From: Macrostomum lignano
Lineage: Eukaryota
Reading direction: 5' to 3'
DNA length: 64,000 bases
NCBI GenBank assembly: GCA_002269645.1
Contig: NIVC01000897.1
Coordinates: forward strand, 62,001-126,000
Shown here one piece after another: positions 1 through 13,836 of this stretch. The notes under the pieces were generated by a model. That model was not told the DNA's origin. It did not search any database and saw only the letters and a program-made list of their open reading frames with translations. Position 1 is the first letter of the stretch, and every line of letters begins with the position of its first letter. A program made the position numbers and the translations under genes.

Positions 1-982
1 CAAGCCACAGAGATGTACAGCCAGTTTCGCATGGGAACTATTATAAAAATCTCCCCCTTCTTAGCACCCACATCATTCTTCCGGGCATCATTGAAACTGT
101 CCTATCCTATAGATACTTTTGTTTCGTATAGAGAAAAATAATGGCGCACCTGGTCACTCATAGAGAGAACTTTAATAACGGAACAATAGGAGAGCCAGTG
201 GGAGGAATCTCCGCAGATTGCGCTTTCTCTCAGTCCTCAGCGCTCGAAAAGACACAAAATGATTTGCAGACTCCCCGCAACCGTGCTCTAAGCATTTGTC
301 CAAGTGCTCTATTGTCCTCTATCTGTCACGCGACTCAAGGGGGGGGGGGCGCCGGACACAAACTGTCGGAAAAAATCCAGCCTAAGCAGTGATTTCTATA
401 AATAGCTTGGCGCACCCGAAGGGGCGTGGAAATTTCGCAGGTCGCCCAGCGGGGTGCCAAATCTTCAACAAATACAGCGAGTGACCCGGACAGTCCTCTA
501 CACACTACCTGGGAAGCATAGCAACCCGTCAGCAAGCCGGGACCCCAGCTTTGTCTTCAGTTTGCTCTTCGAGCCCATGAAAAAGCGCGGGTAGCACACG
601 CAGACTTCATCACTAGGCTGATGATGAGGCTCAGCCTCCGCAAACAGGAGTCTCCTGTATGTCAGAGCTGTTTGTCCTTTTGGTTAAAAAAACCGCTACT
701 TTTTATACCAAAAAAATTGCAACAAGGAAAGCTCGTGTCACGAAGCGAAAAACAGGCAAATGGGGATCTCAGTAAAAAGTCAGTTTTTTTACTTTTTCTT
801 TTCCCCGATTTGTAGAGATTAAAAGCATGGAGTCGGGTTGGCTGATGTTCGGAATCAAAAAGCCGCACTGCTTGAGGTGCACCTGAGCAGTTGTCTTTTT
901 GTCACGTTCCGCCTCTCTGTTGAATCTCTGAAGAGCTGCAAACTTTTTCTTCACTGCTGCCTCTCAGCCGCTTGTTGTCTCT

Positions 983-3900
983 ATGGGTCAGGTTTTATCC
1001 GGCACTGAGGTCATTGAGTTAATCAGGACAGCTGGCTCAAACTCTTACTGCATCAACCCGCCCGCAGCAGCAGCAGCAGCAGCAGCGTGGAGGCGGCCAA
1101 TGGCAGAGCGAGCCCGACAGCCCGACCCGACAGCCGCCTGGTGTCAGGCCTGCCTGCAGCCCATCGCTGACCGCTACTTCCTGCAGGTTGGCGACTGTCT
1201 CTACCACAGCGGCTGCCTGCGCTGCCAGCAGTGCCAGCGGTGCCTGGAGACTGCCGGCTCCTGCTTCGCTAAGGAGGGGAAAATCTTCTGCCGAGACGAC
1301 TATTATAAGTGAGACTGGTTTGAGCTGCACGCGCGGGTTGCTATTGAACTCGTGTGATACCGGCGCTGGTTGACCCTCTCCGTTCCTGTCTGACCTTCTT
1401 CTGTTCCTGTTGGATCCTCTTCCGCCCCTGTCTCACTCTGTTCCGCCCCTGTCTCACTCTCTACCGCCCCTGTATCATTCTATTCCGAACCTGTCTCATT
1501 CTATCCCGCCCCTGTCTCATTCTATCCCGCCCCTGTCTCATTCTATCCCGCCCCTGTCTCATTCTATCCCGCCCCTGTCTCATTCTATCCCGCCCCTGTC
1601 TCATTCTATCCCGCCCCTGTCTCATTCTATCCCGCCCCTGTCTCATTCTATCCCGCCCCTGTCTCATTCTATCCCGCCCCTGTCTCATTCTATCCCGCCC
1701 CTGTCTCATTCTATCCCGCCCCTGTCTCATTCTATCCCGCCCCTGTATCATTCTATCCCGCCCCTGTCTCATTCTATCCCGCCCCTGTCTCATTCTATCC
1801 CGCCCCTGTCTCATTCTATCCCGCCCCTGTCTCATTCTATCCCGCCCCTGTCTCATTCTATCCCGCCCCTGTCTCATTCTATCCCGCCCCTGTCTCATTC
1901 TATCCCGCCCCTGTCTCATTCTATCCCGCCCCTGTCTCATTCTATCCCGCCCCTGTCTCATTCTATCCCGCCCCTGTCTCATTCTATCCCGCCCCTGTCT
2001 CATTCTATCCCGCCCCTGTCTCATTCTATCCCGCCCCTGTCTCATTCTATCCCGCCCCTGTCTCATTCTATCCCGCCCCTGTCTCATTCTATCCCGCCCC
2101 TGTCTCATTCTATCCCGCCCCTGTCTCATTCTATCCCGCCCCTGTCTCATTCTATCCCGCCCCTGTCTCATTCTATCCCGCCCCTGTCTCATTCTATCCC
2201 GCCCCTGTTTCACACTCAACCGCCCCCTCCGCGCCCATGGATGCAGCTGCCCCTCATGCAGCCATTCATGCCAGCGCAGATATTCTACATCTGTGAACAG
2301 AGTTCCCGCAGGAATCTCTGATTGAGATAGCATTTGCATAGAAAAAGCAAACTAGCACGGGAGGCCACGCAGGTGCTGAGGGCGGCCCGCTGTGCTATGG
2401 AAGGGAATTCTTCAATCCCAGCAGTTTATCTCAAGCCTATACTAAATATTCGTTGGCCCAAAAATCAGTGCGGCAACTTGTGGCAATGTCACTATCAGAT
2501 TCTCAGAAATTGGCTTCCAATTTTACTAGATAAGAGATCTGCAGCGGTTGGAACAATTTCTTATAGGCAGCACTGATCTCCCGCGGGAATCCAGAGTGGA
2601 GCATCGATCAAAAAAGCATCTTCTAGCAAAGGCAGTTCAGTTATTTAAAAGATGAAATTTGAAGTTTGACTTGAAGTAGTAGAAAGCAAAACAAGTAAGT
2701 AAAGGATTCCTTTCGCATGGATCTGACTGACTCGACCCCCCAGCTGTCTCGTCTGCCATAGACTATAGCGCTCGTTAGCTCCCCTCCCAGCGGGGCCACC
2801 GCATGGGAGACTTTTCCCCAACCTCTATTCGCCCAACTAGGCCCACCAGCTGCTGCGGCAAGCCAAGGACCCTTGAACTCCGTGGACTGGGAAGCGAGCG
2901 CTCTGAAATAACCAGAATTTTGACTTGCCTCCTCTTTTTACACAAAAAAGATTGACGGAGAAGATTTAACAAAATCTTTCACGGCTTTCAATCTTGTGCC
3001 CGGCGCCAAATGCATAGGGAAATCTATAGCTCTGGTGAGCTGTAAAATATCCATCATCAAGAAGAGATATCTCCCAAATAGTCCAGTCCAGTACCAAGTT
3101 CGAGGGTCCATGGCTGCGCTGCCATCCCCCCTGCCGATCTGTGCCGCCACAGCAAGGGAGGTCGGTTGGTCAGCATTGCATGGCAGCTCGGCAATTGGAA
3201 TCGAATGGGTGGAAAATAACTGCATTGGGTACAGACTGACGGGCAGTGCAGGGGGGCCAGCAGGGAAATTTGAATGACAACTCGATTCCCACCGCTGGTG
3301 GCCGTTCAGCGAAATTGTCAAATAATTTCGAATTGCCGCTGATGCTGCGGCGGGGCCTCTGAATATTTGTTCGGTCTATAGCTCTAGAAATCAACTGCCA
3401 GATGCAGTCTATTTCCCAGCGTGTGTGCGGGCATTGTTCAACTTATCTGTTTGAATTTTTGTTTGCAATTATTTGATCAAAACAAAGGACAGTCTTGAGA
3501 GAATTTTTTACCCTATAATTTTCTTGACCTCAGCAAGCGAAAAATATTTAATGGATGAATTACTTAAGCCCGAGTGGAGTCTAGGAGCTTAGGAACTTTT
3601 GATTTGGGAATTAATTAATTCAAGTATGAGCATGCCAAATTAATTTTACAAGAATTCCAAGAATCCCGCTTTCTACTCTGTCTCCGCCGTCTACTCTATC
3701 TCCGCTCTCTACTTTATCTCCACTGTCTACTTTATCTCTACTGTCTACTCTATCGTCTCCGCTGTCTACTCTATCTCCGCTGTCTACTTTATTGTTTCCG
3801 CTGTCTACTTTATCTCCGCTGTCTACTCTATCTCCGCTGTCTACTCTATTGTCTCCGTTGTCTACTCTATCTCCGCTGTCTACTTTATTGTTTCCGCTGT

Positions 3901-6900
3901 CTACTCTATCGTCTCCGCTGTCTACTCTACCTCCGCTGTCTACTTTATTGTTTCCGCTGTCTACTCTACCTCCGCTGTCTACTTTATTGTTTCCGCTGTC
4001 TACTCTATCTCCGCCGTCTACTCTATCTCCGCTGTCTACTCTATTGTCTCCGCTGTCTACTCTATCTCCGCTGTCTACTTTATTGTCTCCGCTGTCTACT
4101 CTATCTCCGCTGTCTACTCTATTGTCTCCGTTGTCTACTCTATCTCCGCTGTCTACTTTATTGTTTCCGCTGTCTACTCTATCGTCTCCGCTGTCTACTC
4201 TACCTCCGCTGTCTACTTTATTGTTTCCGCTGTCTACTCTATCTCCGCTGTCTACTCTGTCGCCTCTCATTACATACTCATTACATACTCATTACATAAG
4301 GAACATATCGTTTCAAGTGAAATCATTAATCAAATAAGAGTATTTAGACTTAGAGTGGGAATTACTGAGAAAATGATAAGTGTTGGGTAACACTCCATCA
4401 ATAACGGTATAGAAGCGATACGTAAATACAACAGCATTAGCGCCTATTGCAGAACAATGTTAAATCACAGTCAATAGAATGCGTGACAGCCTGACAGTGC
4501 ATCATTATTGGAATGCTTTGGGATCGCGCGAAAGTGGCGCTTGATTTCAAGTTCCGTTAGCAAAGAAATTCCGCAGCATCTCGTTCGATTCAGTTTAATC
4601 GATAAACGATAAACGATTACAAACTGAGTGGGAGGAGAGAAGTATTTCTCTATGTTTATCCCCCATGTCTAAATATCCCAACCGATGCGACCGGCTCGCA
4701 GGGGCCCTCGCCAAAAACTCCAGCGCGGGGCCGCTCCATTTGATTTTCTTAGAAAACACGGAAGATCCATCAATGTTGGCCTTCAGTTCTGGCATTTCGG
4801 TGAAGGGAGGAGGGAAGAATCGCAAGTATAAGCCGCAGTTTCAGTTGGCTGCATGACAGGTGACAGGCAACACACAGAAAGCCAGGAGAAGCAGCAAATA
4901 AGCGGCAGTTTTTCAGTGATGACGGAGATTGCTGGAAGCTGCAGAAGCAGAAGGTTAAAATGGTTCGAATCTTCATCGATTCTGAGTTTCTAGGATATTG
5001 CAGCGAAGATGGGAAAGTTAAAGTTTGAAGTATGAAGTATGAATTCTTCTCTAGAATTTGATGCATGAAACATGAAATGTGAAATATGAAATATGACACA
5101 TGAAATATGAAATATGAAATATGAAGTATGACATATGAAATATGACATATGAAATATGAATCGTGAATCGTGAATCAGGATGTATTTAAAAAAAAATTTC
5201 ATAAAACTTTACAAAGTTACTTTCGGGTTGAACGGGTTGAATTCTTGCTCGAACTTCTTAGAACAACAATCAGAACTTGTTAACCGAAGGGCAAGGGTCA
5301 GTGCACCTATACAATATGAAAGTGAAATCGGCACCCCGCAATAAATTCACTATTAGATTCTGTTTTCAACAATACGCGATCGGATGGTTGCAGGACCTTC
5401 CCCAGTATTTTTGTATTGTTGCCATGGGCTAAGCAGGTTCACCCGAGAGGGGCAGGTTGGCCGGGCACCGGGGGTCTGCCCCCCCCCCCAGTGCGGCGCT
5501 GACAGTAAAGCCCGTGATTGAGGGCTTGGGCGCATTGGATATGACAGGTCATGTTTACTGGGCTAGGCTTAAGCCAGGAGGCCCCGTGCAAAGTCTTCTA
5601 GCGGGCATAATCTTCTTGCATCGCATTCTTCATCTGGGGCCGGAGAGGCTGCGGCATCTCCTACCCCTAACCCTCCCAGCCTCCATCCGCGTGTCTGCTT
5701 GGAAACAAAAATCGTCTTGTTGCAAAATCTTTCCTTCCGGCTTCCTTATACAGTCGCTGGCGCCTGTAATCCCCCTTTACTGAGAGGCTCTCCCCCCTCT
5801 CTCTTCCCAGCTGGATAGCCTCCTGAAAGATATGCGGATAGGCGGATATGCACCTGACTTTGTCAAGTTCCTCAACCAGCAGCACCCGCCTTGGTGATAG
5901 GAAGTGGGGGATCGAAGGGGGGAGGGTCGCCACCGCTTGCACAGACTGCGGCCGTGTCGGCGGTCATCGCTTTATGACTGCTTTATGATCCATTGGAGAA
6001 TCGTGGTCCCTGGCAAGCGTCTTCTTTAAGCCTGCAACCCCCCCCCGGCCCAAAAAACTTGTGCGGCAAGAAAGGCAGTAAAAGCTGATGCGGTGCTGCG
6101 AAGGCACCGGGTGGAGATATTGCAGATAACGGATAGATGAGGCGCAAAAAGACTTTGCGGGAGTCTGTCTGGGCCGCGATTAAGCTCGCCACCCCTTCAC
6201 GTTCGATCTCTTACACTCAGTTTCCTGATTTCTTGCAATACTAGGCGCCAGCAGAAACCCGGCCCAGACTTTGATTGTTTTGCCTCTTTTTCATCTGGTG
6301 TAACTCCTGCCTGCTTTATTGTTTCTGCTACTCTATAAAAATACAGGTAGGGGGACAAGGAGGGCCCAGAAACACGAGTCTGGAGCAGCAACACTTCCCC
6401 AAGACCCCATATTTTCAGAATATTTTATACCAACATTCGACAGATTGGCTTGTGTATTTGAAAATCGATCAATGAGTAACATACTTCAGTATTACCCAAC
6501 CATTTCTGCAGTGCACCATTTATGCCATCTAGTTCGAAAATATGAAATTTTTTGTTGTGAAAACTTTTGTGAAAACTAGCTTGCAGGTTTTTGCTGTTCA
6601 GTCCAAGGACTGGGGGGTCGCCACACACCCTCAATTACCCCAGCTAATGCTGGCACCCATTTTACAGCTGGGTGAACTGAAGCAGTGCAGAGTTACGCGT
6701 CTTTGCTCACAAGGGCACAAATTGTTCCGAGTGGGTCGAGAATCGAACTCCCAACCTATCAGTCGTGAGTCCTACGCTCTGACCGCTAGGCAGCAACCTT
6801 CTAGCCGCCAAAGCTTACTGAGGGGAATTTATGGCACAGACTTATTTCTGCTGACAGGCTGGGTCTATGGCGCGATACCGACTTTCGGTTGGCAATTCGT

Positions 6901-9900
6901 GATGCATATTCTATGGGAAAACCTGTCCTAAAAAAGACGGCCAGACACACACACACACACACACCTTTGCAAAGTAGATCCGTTATCGCCTGTAGCATTC
7001 AATCATCAGTATGTTTGATCCCCCGGTCCCAGATTCCCGTGGCGCGTGCTCCGCCTCTTGACCACTGGGTGACGGGGCGTCGGTAAAGCAGCGGGTGAAG
7101 TGGACCTGCGCGGTTGCCGAGTGGGCGGGTTGTGGATAAGTGGGCAAGAAAGAATACCAAACTCGGCGGCCTCTGAGACTCGCCACTTATCAGTCTGTGG
7201 GATCTACTTTGGGGGGATTTTTCGGACCCTCCGGGGTGGACGTAGGGGAGCAACAGGGTTGGGAAGATTTACAAGGGGAATGCGAGCGGGTTGGTCGGAT
7301 ACTGAAAGATTTAGCGGAGTATGATCAACCCTGGTTATGAAATTCACTCACTGTAGCTAGTAAGCCGAGAGGGGACCATGCTGAGAGGGCGAGCGGAGCT
7401 GGAGAATGGAGAAGAAAAATGAGAGGGAGAGCGAAGATAGAGAGAAGTAGAATGAGAGGGCCGGTGAGAGGAGACAGAGAGAAGTAGAATGAGAGGGCCG
7501 GTGAGAGGAGACAGAGAGAAGTAGAATGAGAGGGCCAGTGAGAGGAGATAGATCTAGAGAGAAGTAGAATGAGAGGGCCAGTGAGAGGAGACAGAGAGAA
7601 GTAGAATGAGAGGGCCAGTGAGAGGAGACAGAGAGAAGTAGAATGAGAGGGCCAGTGAGAGGAGACAGAGAGAAGTAGAATGAGAGGGCCAGTGAGAGGA
7701 GACAGAGAGAAGTAGAATGAGAGGGCCAGTGAGAGGAGACAGAGAATAAGAGAGAGAGGCCAGACTCGGGCAAAGGCCGGAAGATGTTCAGGAGACTGGC
7801 AGGCAAAGAATGGCAGCCAGAATACGAGACGCAGATAAATGCCGATGAAGTTCGACACACAGCGGACCAGCTTGTTTGTTACACCTATCGTTATTACACA
7901 AGTAGGCGCTGAAGCTGCATTGCATCGCAAATTCTGCAACCTCGGTGGTTCAAATTCCAAGGCGCCTCGCCCGGGATATGCTGGGGCACCACCGCTTGGC
8001 GTGTTGCACGCGAGAAAGACACAATATTTCCACACGGTGTCGCGTTACACTGGGCCTCCCCGGAGAGGTAGGAGGGGCAGCTTTCCCACAGCTCCCCATG
8101 CCTTATCCTCATCAGCGATGCTTATCAAATCCCAACAGCGGATAGAGGAGTCGAGGCTACAAAGTGAGGGGTCGGCCAGTGAAAACAGACAGTGGGATCC
8201 CCATTCCTCAAATATCCCCTTCCCGTTTTGTATTTTTGAAAACTTTCCAAAACTCCACCGTTACTCGAGGCCGAAAAGTTTCGGGGGGATAAAAGGAATG
8301 AGGATCGTGGGGAGTAGGTCGCCCCTCCCGGATCCCCCTCGTCCTTTCGTGTCGCTGTTTCTTTCGCCGAAAGAAGAAGAAGAAGGCAGCAAGATAAAGA
8401 AGCCAGCGGTTGCCTGCATCTCCTTGGCGCTATCGCTGCGCGGGAATTTCGAGTTTTCGAGCTCACTAACGAGCTGCGGCCGGCCGGCAAATGAAAGCGC
8501 ATAAAACAGAGGAGGAAGGGAGCTGTTAAACAGACAGGGGGCCTGGGGCCATGATGCTGGATGCTGGGCGCAAGTGTTAAGATCCTGTTTTTTATATCCT
8601 TGACTTTCTCTCCAGGGCCAGGGTATTTCGCAATTACGGGAGCAAATATTGCCAGAATCCGGGCGCCCGGCGAGCCTTTGAATTTGTAATTAAAAACAAC
8701 AGCAAATTTGTTAGGGATTGATGCCTGCTTGTAAAACTTCTGGCACCATGAAATACGTATGAAAACCCCGCAGCAGTAATAAAAAATATCTTCGTAGCAC
8801 TGAGTCAGCCGGTTGCGGTGAATGACACTTTCATTCGGGTATTCTGGGTGCTCCTCTATCCTCTATTGTCCCGTTCTTGTCCTGTCCTATTCTGCCTTGT
8901 CCTGTCTTGCTCCGCCCTGTCCTGTCTTGTCCTGTTTTATCCTGTCTTATCCTGTTTTATCCTGTCTTATCCTGTCTTATCCTGTCTTATCCTGTCTTAT
9001 CCTGTCTTATCCTGTTTTATCCTGTCTTATCCTGTCTTATCCTGTCTTATCCTGTCTTATCCTGTCTTATCCTGTCTTATCCTGTCTTATCCTGTCTTAT
9101 CCTGTCCTGTCTTATCCTGTCTTATCCTGTCTTATCCTGTCTTATCCTGTCTTATCCTGTCTTATCCTGTCTTATCCTGTCCTGTCTTATCCTGTCTTAT
9201 CCTGTCTTATCCTGTCTTATCCTGTCTTATCCTGTCTTATCCTGTCTTATCCTGTCATATCCTGTCCTGTCTTATCCTGTCTTATCCTGTCTTATCCTGT
9301 CCTGCCTTATCCTATCTTATCCTGTCTTATCCTATCTTATCCTGTGTTATCCTGTCTTATCCTGTCTTATCCTGTCTTATCCTGTCTTATCCTGTCTTAT
9401 CCTGTCTTATCCTGTCTTATCCTGTCTTATCCTGTCTTATCCTGTCTTATCCTGTCTTATCCTGTCTTATCCTGTCTTATCCTGTCTTATCCTGTCTTAT
9501 CCTGTCTTATCCCGTTCCGCCCCGTCCTACACAGCCAGCAACTCCCATCCCGCAGTCTGTTCAGCGCCCGGCAGTCGTGCACCCGCTGCGGCGGCTGCCT
9601 GCACCCGGCGGACCTGGTGATGAAGGCACGCGAGCATCATTTCCACCTGGGCTGCTTCACCTGCCACTGGCCCGCCTGCGAGCGCCGTTTCTCGCCAGGC
9701 GACGAGTTCGGCCTGAGCCTCGGCGGTGCCGTCTTCTGCCGGCTGCACCTGCAGCATCAGCAGCACCTGCCGCCGCCGCCGCCGCTGCTGCCGCCGCCAC
9801 CGCCGCCGCAGTTCCTTCTGTCCGACTCGCTGGAAACGGCAGAGGCGGCCACCGCGGCGGCGAAATCAGCGACCCAGTCGGAGATGGGCGGCGGCGCCGG

Positions 9901-12900
9901 CGGCAAGCAGGCGAGCCGCGCTGGCAAGGGTCGGCCGCGAAAGTCGAAGAAATTAGCGGAGCCACCGGCGACGTCACAGGCTACCCAGCATCCGGCGGCG
10001 CTTCATCAGCCGCATTCTCAGCCGGATGAGCTGGGTATTGTTCAGCAGCCTCACCTGCAGCTGCAGCATCAGATTGCCTGTGGCTTTTCCAACTGCATTG
10101 TCAAGGAGGAGCTGCCGATGACTGCCTCGACAGCGGAGACCACGCCGACGACCGTGACGCTGGCGTCGACACTCGCTGGAGACGCGATGGACAGCTCCCT
10201 GGTGGACCTGGCCGCTGTGCAGGGCTCCGCCGTGTTCGGCGTCGGTGGCGACCCGCTGGAGCAACTGGGTGAGCTGGATGACCTTGGCTGACTGACTGAC
10301 ACTAGCTGACTTACTGACACTAGCTGACTGATTGACACTAGCTGACCTACTGACTCTAGCTGACTGATTGACACTAGCTGTCTGACTGACACTAGCTGAC
10401 TGACTGACACTAGCTGACTGACTGACACTAGTTGACTGACTGACACTAGCTGACTGACTGACACTAGCTGACTGATTGACACTAGCTGACCTACTGACTC
10501 TAGCTGACTGATTGACACTAGCTGTCTGACTGACACTAGCTGACTGACTGACACTAGCTGACTGACTGACACTAGTTGACTGATTGACACTAGCTGTCTG
10601 ACTGACACTAGCTGACTGACTGACACTAGCTGACTGACTGACACTAGTTGACTGACTGACACTAGCTGACTGACTGACACTAGCTGACTGATTGACACTA
10701 GCTGACCTACTGACTCTAGCTGACTGATTGACACTAGCTGTCTGACTGACACTAGCTGACTGACTGACACTAGCTGACTGACTGACACTAGTTGACTGAT
10801 TGACACTAGCTGTCTGACTGACACTAGCTGACTGACTGACACTAGCTGACTGACTGACACTAGCTGACTGACTGACACTAGCTGACTGACTGACACTAGC
10901 TGACTGACTGACACTAGCTGACTGACTGACACTAGCTGACTGACACGAACTGGTTGTTGCTGAAATAACAATCGTAAACAAAAAAGCACCTCCAATTGTA
11001 TCGCTAGCCATTTAGCAGTGTCAGAGTCCACCGGACAGACATTCAAGATTCCACTGATTTAAGCAAACTGATGAACAAGCAAAATCCGTGTGCTCGCTCC
11101 GCGGGACCGGCTTGCGGAAAATTTTGAGCAGGAAAAAAACTTCTTGCATGCACAGGGCGCCTCAATAATAATAGCTGGTTGCAAACTTTCCCACAGGGCT
11201 TCCCTACCCTCCACTCTGAATGCTGAAGCCTTGAAATAAAGATTGCTTTTTATTGTCTACAAGGAGGAACGGATAAGAAGGGATGGAATTGAGGAAGAAA
11301 ATGGGGAAGACAAAAGGAGGAGATGCAGCGGTGCGGAAGGCGCAGTTTCTGCTTGGGAAACTGTTTGGGGAAGCAAGTGGCGCGGGCGGGGGGGGGCAAC
11401 TCAATGGCGCAAAAAAGTTTCAAACCGACTTTTTTCTATATAGCTATCTTTCATCACCGCCAGGATGTGCAGGGGGGCTTTTCTTTGAGTGGCTTGTTAG
11501 AAATGTTAGCAACTCCCCACACCCACCTCTGCTCACTCAAATAATCCCATTCAAACAGGCGGGAGATCCGTTGGGCAAATAATCCCTGGATTTGCGTCCC
11601 CGGCAGTCAGCCAGTGCAGTCCTGTTTGAGGCGGCTGGGGTGAGCATTCTCCCCCGATGCCAGATTCCGAAGTTCACAGGCAGCTTCCTTCGTCTGGGCA
11701 AACACCGCCTGGAATGCGCCACTCTTCAGCTTGAAATTTGTGTCATTTTTTATTGCCCTCCCCCCCCCCGAGTTTTGCCTGCTGGTCGGAAGAAGAAGTT
11801 TCCCGGCCTCGGGTTGCGCAAGGAGGAACAGGCGCAGGTAGAAATACAAGCTACTGCCCGGCAAGTCCCTTTGAGCTCTCGAACTATAGCCACTCGACTA
11901 TATTGAGTACTCGCTGGGGCTTCTCTCTCTCTGTCTCTCTTTAGACCTCCAGTTGGCGCAGCGGGGAGCCCTGCTTAATGAGGCGGACCGGCCCATCAGG
12001 CCAGCCGGCTTATTTTAGAGCTCCCATTCCGACGCAAGAGCTCGCCAACTGCGACTACGAGATGGAGTAGGGGAATCTGGACAATCCACTGGATGAAACA
12101 ATCATCGTTTTAAAAACTGTCCCTTCCCTGGAGGCTAATAGAGATGGGGATAGACGGAGGAGGCTGACTTCTCTCTCTCCTCAGGCCGTTTTACTCATAG
12201 TAGGGATCAACGGCTGCCGCTGGGTAATTGGCGGCCGCCACTTTGGAGCTGCCTGGGGGCGAATTCCCCCTCCCCCATTCGTGTTTGTTGAGCTGCAGTT
12301 GAGTTGATGTAAAAAATTAGCGTGGTGTTAATTTGTCTGTCCGGCCGGCAGGATAACTGATGGGTCTGAGCAGCGACAACTTTTTGTAATAAAATTTTGA
12401 AGCTGGAAACTGAGAAGAGACTTACAGATTCACTGACAGATTCACTGACAGATTCACTGACAGATTCACTGACAGACTCACTGACAGACTCACTGACAGA
12501 CTCACTGACAGACTCACTGACAGACCCACTGACAGACTCACTGCCAGACTCACTGACAGACGCGCTCACAGACTCACTGACAGACTCACTGACAGACTCA
12601 CTGACAGACTCACTGACAGACTCACTGACAGATTCACTGACAGACTCATTGACAGACTCACTGACAGACTCACTGACAGACTCACTGACAGACTCACTGA
12701 CAGACTCACTGACAGACTCACTGACAGACTCACTGACAGACTCACTGACAGACTCACTGACAGACTCACTGACAGAATGACTGACAGACTCACTGACAGA
12801 ATCTGACAGACCCTCTCAAAGACACTGAATGCCATTTCCTCAACTCAACCGCCCCACAGGCTCTGAGATGGCCAGCGATCCGTGCTGCCAGTCGCCAAAT

Positions 12901-13836
12901 TCTGCCAGCAGCGGTTGCGGCGGTGTCGGAGGAGGCGGCGGAGGCAGCCTCGTCGCTGGCGACGGCGGTGACGGAGGCGTCGGGGGCGGCTCGTCCTCGG
13001 TGACGTCTGGGACGCCAGGCCAGCGGCAGAAGCGAGTCCGCACCAGCTTTAAGCACCACCAGCTGCGCACTATGAAGAGCTACTTCATTATCAACCACAA
13101 TCCGGACAGCAAAGACCTGAAGCAGCTGGCCCAGAAGACTGGACTGAGCAAGCGGGTGCTGCAGGTGAGCCCGCTGACTTTCGTAGCTTAAAATTAAAGC
13201 GTCATAAAAATTCGTATTTTTACAAAAAACTACTGAACTGTCTACTGGCTGCAGTAGTATACTGAAATAGTCTAAAAATTCTAGGTCTGGTTTCAAAACG
13301 CCCGAGCCAAATACCGGCGCTCTCTGCTCAAGCAGCAGCAGCAGCAGCAGCAGCCTCAGCATCAGCAGCAATTGCAGCAGCAGCAGCCGCCACTGCAGCC
13401 GCCGGACGAAGCTGCCTCGGCTGCTCACGCGGCAATGCTGAGCAGCGCAGCGGCGGGCCACCAGAAGTCCGCCAGTCTGCACGTCGCCTCTCCAGACGAC
13501 ATGTCCGACCTGTCCAGCACGGGCTCCGTGCCGGAGTTCAGCCACCACCACCAGCATCATAATCATCACCTGCAGCAGCATCATCACCAGGCTCAGCATC
13601 TTCAGTATCAGCTGCAGCAGCAGCCGGCGTCCGTCAGTTCAGCAATCGAGTCGGCGATCTGCCAGTCTGCTGGCGGCGGCTACTGCGGCGGCGTCGGCGG
13701 AGTCGATGTCATCAACAGCGGCGGCGGAAGCAGCGGCGGCGTGGGAGGCCCCGTCGGCATGGAGACGTCACTGGAAGGTTCCCCATCTGGCGGGGCAGAC
13801 TACTTTGCCATGCAGAATGTGAACTGCCTGGCCTGA
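983..13836 (+). CDS. LHX2/9: LIM-homeobox transcription factor of the Lhx2/Lhx9 (apterous) class; 4 coding exons: 983-1308, 9535-10268, 12860-13164, 13285-13836 (about 638 aa)
   Basis: LIM1 [31 protein letters not shown]; LIM2 [32 protein letters not shown]; GRPRK motif; homeodomain [45 protein letters not shown]|[12 protein letters not shown], nearly identical to the recalled Lhx2/9 sequence. GT-AG junctions are phase-consistent (2,1,0). The start (983 or 1100, or an upstream exon) is uncertain. Confidence 0.93.
1410..2207. repeat. 21-bp minisatellite (ATCCCGCCCCTGTCTCATTCT)n
   Basis: About 38 near-perfect tandem units starting about 100 nt after the Lhx2/9 exon 1 donor. Confidence 0.97.
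3666..4262. repeat. Composite 18/21-bp minisatellite (core TCTACTCTATCTCCGCTG)
   Basis: Tandem variants seen directly. Confidence 0.93.
5023..5175. repeat. Degenerate 7-bp repeat (GAAATAT)n
   Basis: Runs of TGAAATA/TGACATA. Confidence 0.8.
6593..6799 (-). mobile_element. tRNA-derived SINE with CORE-like domain, copy A (3'-truncated), in Lhx2/9 intron 1
   Basis: Reverse strand reads GCCTAGCGGTCAGAGC (A box) ..GTTCGATTC (B box) ..CTTCAGTTCACCCAGCTGTAAAATGGGTGCCAGCATTAGCTGGGGTAA, shared with the copies at 45.5 kb and 51.1 kb. Confidence 0.8.
7437..7745. repeat. 37-bp purine-rich minisatellite (GAGAGAAGTAGAATGAGAGGGCCAGTGAGAGGAGACA)n
   Basis: About 8 tandem units. Confidence 0.93.
8878..9510. 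repeat. 10-bp repeat (CCTGTCTTAT)n
   Basis: About 60 units ending about 24 nt before the LIM2 exon acceptor. Confidence 0.97.
10287..10945. repeat. 18-bp minisatellite (GACTGACTGACACTAGCT)n
   Basis: About 36 units starting about 18 nt after the donor at 10269. Confidence 0.96.
12421..12810. repeat. 12-bp repeat (CTGACAGACTCA)n
   Basis: About 32 units ending about 50 nt before the homeodomain exon. Confidence 0.96.

Noticed and set aside
1354-2339. Long ORFs of 292-323 aa in three frames
   Set aside because: They are stop-free translations of a 21-bp intronic minisatellite.
141-8504. Assorted 60-220-aa ORFs upstream of and within Lhx2/9 intron 1
   Set aside because: No recognisable domains, and several are repeat-derived; likely regulatory or non-coding sequence.
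8818-9534. N-terminal Cys/Leu-rich extension of the LIM2 ORF
   Set aside because: It is the 10-bp repeat in intron 1; the exon starts at the acceptor at 9535.
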